A stretch of 54,179 nt of DNA, counting the filler, from Dirinaria sp. TL-2023a (Eukaryota): the NCBI GenBank assembly GCA_051941275.1. It is 2 parts of 2 records of this genome, joined end to end, with 100 filler letters (N's around TTAATTAATTAA, not from the genome) between each part and the next. Parts side by side here need not be neighbours in the genome. Positions count along the whole stretch, not along the records: positions 27,177 to 54,179 come from JAVEBF010000152.1; 1 more part is not named here. One strand, 5' to 3'. A program made the position numbers and the translations under genes. The notes beneath the pieces are model-generated. The model had not been told where the DNA came from. It saw nothing but the letters and a program-made list of their open reading frames with translations, and did no database searches. This document shows, piece after piece, positions 46,901-54,179 of this stretch (its first letter is position 1; every line of letters starts with the position of its first letter).

Positions 46901-47757
46901 GACCCGTCTTTGCCGAGGACGAGCGCAGTGTACTTGAATTTACCGACTTACGCCACCCCTGCATGCTTTCTGCAGTGTCCGACTTCATTCCCAACGATAT
47001 CTCTCTTGGTGGCTCTAGCGCAAATATCGACCTCCTGACCGGCGCCAACGCAGCCGGTAAAAGCACCATCTTGCGCATGACCTGCATCGCGGTCCTACTC
47101 GCCCAGATCGGATGCTATCTCCCCTGCGCCTCAGCGCGCCTCACACCCGTCGATCGCATCATGTCCCGGCTCGGAGCCAACGACAACATCTTCGCCGCGC
47201 AGTCCACATTCTTCGTCGAGCTCTCCGAAACCAAGAAAATCCTCAGCGAAGCGACGCCGCGCTCGCTCGTGATCCTCGACGAACTCGGCCGCGGCACCTC
47301 GTCCTACGACGGCGTCGCCGTCGCCCAAGCCGTCCTGCACCACGTCGCCACGCACATCGGCTGCGTCGGCTTCTTCGCGACCCACTACCACTCCCTGGCC
47401 GCGGAATTTGCCGCACACCCGGAGATCCGTAACAAGCGCATGCAGATCCACGTCGACGACGCGAACCGCCGCGTCACGTTCCTGTACAAGCTCGAGGACG
47501 GCGTGGCCGAGGGCTCGTTCGGGATGCACTGCGCCAGCATGTGCGGGATCCCTGACGCCGTGGTCGAGAGGGCTGAGCAGGCCGCGTCCAGCTGGGAGCA
47601 TACCAGCCGGCTGAAGGAGAGTCTGGAGGTGGCGAAGCGCGGCGCCTGGGTTCCGTTGGGTTGGTGCAGTGATCTTAGTTGGGTCCTGAAGGAGGAAGAG
47701 GATGGTGTGGATGAGAGAGGGCTCGAAGTGCTCAGGAAGGCGATTGCAAGCTTGTAA
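43945..47757 (+). CDS. MSH6: DNA mismatch repair protein MSH6, 1232 aa, 3 exons (43945-44385, 44447-44627, 44681-47757)
   Basis: PIP box QKSIASFF, YDPRTVYIP, FFKKGKFYELYE, Walker A TGANAAGKST, STFFVEL, LDELGRGT, FATHY and SFGMHCA. Confidence 0.97.
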
Positions 47758-48163
47758 TAATCCATGAAAACAACAACAACCGTAAGGCAACGTAGGTAGG
47801 CTTTCGACCGTGAGCACAAGCTGCGCTATTTAGATTTTTTGGGAGGGGAGTCCTGGCTTTTGTTCTAGAAAAAGAGTTTATTGACAACCAACCGCAGCGC
47901 ACAGTTGCTTTAATAATGGTATTGTCATATTATACCTGATCCTATCTCCTCTCATCAGCGTCCCCAATGTTCCCCCTTCCCCCTTCCATTTCTCTTGTAT
48001 GACTCAAGATTCTTCGCAGAGTGCGCGGGCAGCTCACGTATCAAGTTAACCCCTTTCCTAGGCCTAAACTCAAAGTCAGTCAGGCAATACAACCACCCAC
48101 AAAACGCAAAATAAAAAAATATGATCGAGCCGGAGTCCTTACTTCCAACCTACCACCCAAAAG

Positions 48164-48195
<32 letters not shown>
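48164..48195. repeat. Poly(A) tract of about 32 nt
   Basis: Homopolymer directly visible. Confidence 0.9.
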
Positions 48196-48197
<2 letters not shown>

Positions 48198-48481
48198 GAG
48201 CTGCCTTCGAATTTGCCGTTTGGTCTCTGTCTTTATTATCCTTAGTGGCAGCGGCAGAACTAAGCTTGAGAGACAGACAGAGGGAAAAGCTCGTTATCAC
48301 CGCGGGGCCTTCAAAAGCGGTAAGATCAACACACTTTGTAACAGAGGATCTGAGATTTCACGGCGATCACAACCTTTTGAAGGCGGTTGAATGACGAATT
48401 GACGAATTGACGAATATGCTAGGGATGGAGATGGGAAAAGTGGGCTTGTTGAAAAGAACATAGATACAACCGTTAGCTTTA

Positions 48482-48755
48482 GGATAAGGAAGTCGTAGAG
48501 TGAGGGCAGAGTGAGGGTGTATCTATCCATCACTACCTCGGGATTTGGTGAAGTCGTTGATCGACGAAGGGGTGTGTATCACTCGAATTTAATATATGAG
48601 AAGTAGGATTGGGATAAGGAAGTCGTGGAGGGCAGAGTGATGGGCAGAGTGGGGTGTATCTGTCCATCGCTACCTCGGGATTTCGTGACGTCGTTGATCG
48701 ACGGAGGGGTGTATCACTCGGATTTAATGTATGAGAAAGCAAGATTGGGATAAGG
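48482..48755. repeat. Diverged tandem duplication, units of 130 and 136 bp plus the start of a third
   Basis: GGATAAGG starts at 48482, 48612 and 48748. Shared blocks include TACCTCGGGATTT, GTCGTTGATCGACG and GTGTATCACTCG. Confidence 0.9.
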
Positions 48756-49051
48756 TAGTTTTTTTTCCCTTCAGCTAGCTACCTAGTAAGCACGAGCTCC
48801 ACTACAATTGCACATTTGTGCTGCTGCCACCATCGATGCTCGCAAGCGACAAAGGAAAAAGAAGAGACAGGAATCCTCCCACAAAGCTGCCGCGCTCGAC
48901 AATCCACCACTTCCCATGCTGCTGCGCAAAGAGCTTAAAGTACTTGTCGGAAAAAAAGGCGAGATGGGTCGCGGCGGCGAGGGGAGGTTCTGGAGGATTC
49001 TCTGTGGTTAGCAAGCGTAGAGCGGAAAGTTGGTGGTTGTAGAGCCATGCC

Positions 49052-49793
49052 TTATGTCTCTTTACTCTCTTCGATCTTCTCACTTGCCGCGCTAGGCGGG
49101 TTGATCGGTGCATATGGCGAGACGTATGCACTGGGTTGCAGTGACTGGCTACGACTCAAATAATAAGAGTCGAAGGGAGAAAGAGCCGGCGCCTCCACGG
49201 ATTCAACGGTGCTCTTGCTACGCTTGCTGGGCTTCTCGTTGCCTCCTTTGTCGCTCTTGCCCTTTCGGGCGCGCTTCTTAGGTGCTTTTGGCAATCCCGC
49301 CGAGTCATCAGACTCGGCATCATGATTCTTGTCGCTCGAGAGTTTCGTGGCGACTGCTGGAGCCATAGCTCCGCCAATGATCCTATTCTTCACCTTATTC
49401 CAGCTGGATGCAGCAGAGTGGCCATTCTTAAAACCAGCGACCGCGGCCAACTTCTCGTGATCCACCTGTGGAGACGTTAGATACAGTGACCACATTGATT
49501 GTAGTACACCGGAGGAGATTAAGTCGAGTGACGAGGAATTTGAGGAAGGGCCGCCAACAGGCATGAGAACGTTTGTGGGGTAGGTAACGTGATACAACAC
49601 AGTATAGAGAAGCAACATATGGAATGTTTAGGATGCCGCTCGATAGCAAACTGCAGAGCGAGACTGGAGTGGGGTTACTTACACTGGCGGACATGGTTGT
49701 CATGCTTGTTCTGAGTAAATCGCTATCCTTAAGGCAATTCAAGGCCACGAAGGCAATGCGTAGCTCACGATCGGTTAAATCTTTTTGAGCCAT
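49052..49793 (-). CDS. Hypothetical small nuclear-type protein, about 174 aa, 2 exons (49793-49683, 49465-49052)
   Basis: MAQKDLTDRELRIAFVALNCLK joined by intron 49466-49682 (GTAAGT..CTAAC..CAG) to VDHEKLAAVAGFKNGHSAASSWNKVKNRI, then a basic PKKRARKGK stretch. Confidence 0.65.
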
Positions 49794-50370
49794 AGCGACA
49801 AATTTGTGTGATCAAAAAGATAAGAAAGCGTGCAGGCCGATAGGTGTTGCTCTGTTGCCTGAGAATGTGGCAGGAGCACGAAGCGGTCGGTGGTCTTTGT
49901 TTGTCAAGCAGATGCGCTTCGCTTGCCCAGCGGATTTGGAGGCGGTTTCAGCAGCGGACTTGCCGATGATCAGACACAGGAATACTATGGTTTCGTAGAA
50001 GTAGGAGGCATGCATAGAGTGTGGCCACAAGGGTGAGAGAGGAATGTAAAGGGTGAAAGATCACCTTTTAAAATGGCAGCGCTAGCGTTCCCCATTCACC
50101 GACTCCGGCCCCATGACGATAAGGCTGCCCAATGCCCCACTCAAGGACATATTCATTTTGATTTGAAATGTCAACACAGCTACTGGATCCACGCTTAGCG
50201 AGAGCCAATGTTGATTCGCTTAACTCTCATGGCCCATACGAGTAGGGAATATCGCTGGACTGGGTGAAGTAAATCTATGCACAGCGGTTGGTTCGGCGTT
50301 GCCATTGGCCCATTCGGTTCATGGATAGACCTCAACATTCTTTGGAAGATATTCATCCAGGATTCCTTGA

Positions 50371-51193
50371 TCACTTGGTCACCTTTTTCATCACAAGCTG
50401 CATGATACTTGCCCCCCGGCTGTCCGTTCGCTCGGGCCCTACATAGAAATGGTGAATCGGCCTCGGCGTCCACCACCGCCCCTTTGCTCGACTTGGTGAA
50501 GACACAGGCTTCCTTGTGATATTTGCGATGTTGAGCCAGGATCTGGTGTGTTTCAAATCGTCGATCGTCATCCTCGTGACCCGAAGTCGACCGTAGGCCC
50601 GCATTGTGGTCAGGTCAATCTCGGTCTTGCCAGGAATGTTCCTTGCCCATGTCATCAAGGCTTCTCGTGATCCACGTGCGAAATGTGGGGCCTTGACATG
50701 GACATAAGCGACGTACGGCGCTGTGATATAGCCCACAACAAGCATTGGAATCGCCCCCACAGCGATAGCTAGATGGACAATCAGCGCGCCAGCGCCAGCA
50801 GAGGATTATTTCTTTACAACAGACCCGCCACAGCCTTCCAATTAGGCTCATCCGGGTGATGGTAGAAGCTTGGAGCTTTCACCCCTGAGTAGAAGGCAAA
50901 AAGGAAAATGGTTGAAACTTTCAGGCAAGCGATATAGATGTTCTTTCCCGTGCCAGCATGATATATGAGGACCCGCTCTGGGTATACTGTACTATGGATC
51001 GGTAAGACGCAAGAGAGAGAAGGGAGAACCACAATTCTAATAGCTGGAAATGCTATTTACCTGATTTGACTGGCTGGCGAGCAGCATACGCATTTGATCG
51101 ATGTCGCCGGAAGCTTTCAAATGACTTTGACCGTTGCACTAATGCTCTACGGAAACATTTGAACGATGGCTGGAGCCAATTATGCAGGCTCAT
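50371..51193 (-). CDS. Conserved-type fungal two-TM protein, probably mitochondrial (TMEM70/186/223-like architecture), 230 aa, 3 exons (51193-51061, 50986-50825, 50768-50371)
   Basis: Arg/Ser-rich presequence-like exon 1, YPERVLIYHAGTGK, two hydrophobic segments and TAPYVAYVHV. Frame-consistent introns 50987-51060 and 50769-50824. Confidence 0.75.
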
Positions 51194-51539
51194 TGTCCAA
51201 GAAACCTACTCTTGTAGAGGCAATACTACTACATCGAATGAGATGTCGTCTTCCTGCACAAGATACGACAGATCCGGTAAGCGCGATAGCGCCCGCGCTT
51301 GGCGTCAAGCCAGTCAGGGGAGATCTGCGACAAGGATCGTTCCCGAAATCTCTTGGCACTTCGAATTGGGCAACTTTTAACATAAGTGGAATCTCCTTTT
51401 GAAGTCGCCGCTTCCACCACTGTGAACTCTGACCCTATATTTCAGTTGTGCTCCCCCTTCTTCCATGGCAATCATGCCAAAGCCACCGATTCAAGCATAC
51501 CCTCGATGACCACAGGAGCTTAGGTTCCAGCTCGACGAC

Positions 51540-52709
51540 ATGGCCTCCTTCAACATCATAAGCTTTATGATATCGTGTCTGCTGCTTTTCGAGCTCACCG
51601 CAGCGTATACGAGCATATCTAATGAAACACTACGTGCCATTCCAGGACCAGGCAATGATTTTGACATCAAACATGGTGACCTCCTGGCGCCCATCCTCCG
51701 GCCACGCGTCCCAGGAACCACTGGCTCAATCGCCGTACAAAACCACTTCGCCGACTTCTTCAAGACCCATCTACCAAAATGGGACATCTCCTATCAAAAT
51801 TCGACTTCGAAGACCCCGGCGACTGGAAATAAAGAGGTTCCCTTCGTCAACCTCATCATGTCTCGAGATCCTCCGTGGACGACGCCGGGAGAAGTCAGCC
51901 GCTTGACTCTCGTAGCCCACTTCGACAGCAAGCTTACACCGACCGATTTCATCGGCGCAACCGACAGCGCCGCTCCTTGTGCAATGCTTATGCATGCCGC
52001 TCGCAGTATCGATGCCGGCTTGACAAAGAAATGGGCTACAATGCAGGGGGAAGATGTAGGAGATCAGGGTTTCATGGGTATTGAAGAGCACAAGGGGATC
52101 CAAATAATATTCTTAGATGGTGAAGAGGCCTTTGTCACCTGGACCAACGATGATTCGTTGTACGGCGCGAGGTCCTTGGCTGCAGAAATGGAGTCGACAC
52201 CTCACGCAGCAACATCGACATATCCCAATGCTATTTCGTCAATCTCCCTCTTCGTGCTTCTGGATCTGTTAGGTGCCCCGCAGCCAAGAGTGCCATCCTA
52301 CTTTAAAACCACCCACTGGGCTTACCAAAAGATGGCCGCTTTGGAGTCACGTTTCCGTGATCTGTCGGCATTTGCCAGCTCGGGCGACAGTTGGTTCCCA
52401 GATGTGAAAAAGGACAATGGTCGTTGGATGGGAGGTATGGTCGAGGATGACCATATACCCTTCATGGCTAGGGGAGTTGAGGTCTTACATTTGATCCCAT
52501 CGCCGTTTCCCCGGGTATGGCATCATATGGACGACGATGGTGAACATCTAGATCTCGATACGGTCGCAGACTGGTCTCTACTCATCACCGCTTTCGCCGC
52601 CGAGTGGATGGATCTGGATGGCTTCATTGAAGCAAGTACCACGGAAACGAGAGGGAGGCTGCGCAAGGACCAGCATGGTCGACGAGCTACTGGTAGAACC
52701 GAATTGTGA
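51540..52709 (+). CDS. Glutaminyl-peptide cyclotransferase (peptidase M28 family)
   Basis: Signal peptide, PRVPGT, LVAHFDSK, FIGATDSAAPCA, FLDGEEAF..DSLYGAR, LLDLLG, EDDHIPF and FPRVWH. Confidence 0.93.
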   Translation: MASFNIISFMISCLLLFELTAAYTSISNETLRAIPGPGNDFDIKHGDLLAPILRPRVPGTTGSIAVQNHFADFFKTHLPKWDISYQNSTSKTPATGNKEVPFVNLIMSRDPPWTTPGEVSRLTLVAHFDSKLTPTDFIGATDSAAPCAMLMHAARSIDAGLTKKWATMQGEDVGDQGFMGIEEHKGIQIIFLDGEEAFVTWTNDDSLYGARSLAAEMESTPHAATSTYPNAISSISLFVLLDLLGAPQPRVPSYFKTTHWAYQKMAALESRFRDLSAFASSGDSWFPDVKKDNGRWMGGMVEDDHIPFMARGVEVLHLIPSPFPRVWHHMDDDGEHLDLDTVADWSLLITAFAAEWMDLDGFIEASTTETRGRLRKDQHGRRATGRTEL

Positions 52710-53238
52710 GTGCGTCTGGCTGCCGCTTGTTCCTCAATCAGAAGATGCTCACGCAGCCTTAGATCTGGTTAAGGCTTGGTTATTCTGCGGCGCTAGCTAT
52801 TTCTACAATCATAGATCCTGGCAAGAGAACCTCGAGAAGGTCCGGGATTGGCTAGTATTCCTGGTTGCAACTAGTTTTTCTTCGGCATTCAATGCTCAGG
52901 ACCGTAAAAAAACTCTTCACCGGGCCAACAAAATTAGGTGCTCAACCGAATGCGCCAATTGCCACTGAGAGCAGGTCAGCCACCTCAACAATAAATAGTC
53001 CACAAAAATTTGCTCGTCTGGATCAATGCGCCAATTATCAGGCCGCACTGACTCGAGTATTTAAGAGTGGCTCTCCCCTTGCTCTCTCGTTCCATTGTTC
53101 ATACCACCTATCCATTTCTATATTCGCTCCATAACAAGCGAAACACCCATCGTCCCAACAAATTTACAACGTACCTTCCATCTTCTATAGCTAATCCGCT
53201 CGACTACTTACCAAACTACCAACACAGTCATCAGCAAC

Positions 53239-53687
53239 ATGGTGCCGTTCTCCTGTGTCGTTTCCCGGGTCAAGCCACTCATGTTCCAAGTATATCTATT
53301 CTCTCCTTTATCTAAAGAAACGGACTAACCGCTCCCTAGACCTCTAATCCAGTACCGGAACAATCAGCAAGCATTTACGAGTTCGCAACATTCATGGTCG
53401 ACGACATGCGCAGCCACCCTCTCGAAGTTTTCAAATCCCTCATCCTATCTATCCTCGCCATCTGCGTCGCGTGGCTTTTCTTCGCGATCATGTACGCCCT
53501 CGCCATGAACTCTGGGGTTTTGGAAAGTCGTCCCAAGGCTGTCGAGCTTGAAGCGGCGGGAGAAGCCGATGAGGAGGTGGTTGAGAAGGACTGGAGTGAC
53601 TTCGACACCAAGATGTCGCAGTGGATGCAGTTTACGAGGGAAAAAGCCGAATCTGGCCGGAATAGGGATGAATTCATCCCGATTTAG
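53239..53687 (+). CDS. Small single-TM hypothetical protein; first exon uncertain
   Basis: Acceptor CTAAC..TAG at 53339 leads in frame to TSNPVPEQ..MVDDMRSHPLEVF, a hydrophobic TM segment and an acidic tail. The start is either ATG 53239 (donor 53242) or ATG 53281 (donor 53290). Confidence 0.5.
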
Positions 53688-54133
53688 AAAGTTAATTGAG
53701 ATTGAAAGGAATGGAAAGACTAGGCTAGCAAGGCGTACATTACAATAGTGCGGCATCTGTGTTCTGGCGAAGGAATTTTCAGGTAGCGCACGGCTTTCAT
53801 TGCGGAGTATCATGGGTAACACTGTTAGAGTTCTTACTTTACATTCTGATACAAATAGGGAATAACGGCATTCCTTGACTACCTTAGGTACCTGAGTCCA
53901 TCGCAATTGCGTTCCCGGTGCTCTTACCTTACTGTCGTGAATTCAAGACTCAACAATTTATCGAACCGACGACGGCTCTTCGTTGATGGGACTAGTCCAC
54001 CGCCACTTCCTCAACATGTATTTTGCCACCGGGTGCTGCGGTGTCAGGCTGGGAAGTAGTCACGCTGTCAGTGCAAGACCTCACATGATTAGATTTCCTG
54101 AATTCGATGACTGCTGCGCAAAGATAACAGAGA

Positions 54134-54135
<2 letters not shown>

Positions 54136-54179
<44 letters not shown>
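54136..54179. repeat. Terminal poly(T) tract, possibly a contig end
   Basis: Homopolymer running to the end of the window. Confidence 0.85.

Noticed and set aside
40676..48755. CRISPR-like interpretation of the 14-bp and 130-bp repeats
   Set aside because: Eukaryotic context, no unique spacers and no cas genes.

Overview
Eukaryotic DNA from a filamentous ascomycete (Pezizomycotina), judged from the short GT-AG introns with CTRAY-type branch points and the fungal protein families. The window is two sequence blocks joined by an artificial 100-nt spacer (44 N, TTAATTAATTAA, 44 N, at 27077-27176), so adjacency across that point is unproven. The left block has a probably disrupted gene, three orphan secreted or surface proteins, an isochorismatase-like hydrolase, VPS13, a DUF3429/TMEM69-like protein, an arylamine N-acetyltransferase, complex I subunit MWFE (NDUFA1) and a PHD-MYST histone acetyltransferase (SAS3). 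The right block has a Gpr1/Fun34/YaaH acetate permease, a BTB/POZ protein, a decayed Ty1/copia gag with primer-binding site and LTR end, kynurenine 3-monooxygenase, MetAP1, an MFS transporter, ureidoglycolate lyase, NudC, MSH6, glutaminyl cyclase and three small hypothetical genes. I reconstructed exon structures by hand and the complete spliced models are frame-consistent. I see no convincing new multi-gene system. The best leads are the copia relic upstream of the BTB gene, an interleaved inverted-repeat structure in SAS3 intron 2, the orphan secreted proteins, a 14-bp minisatellite in a divergent promoter and a ~130-bp tandem duplication with directional G-to-A changes. All family assignments come from motif recognition; no database search was run.
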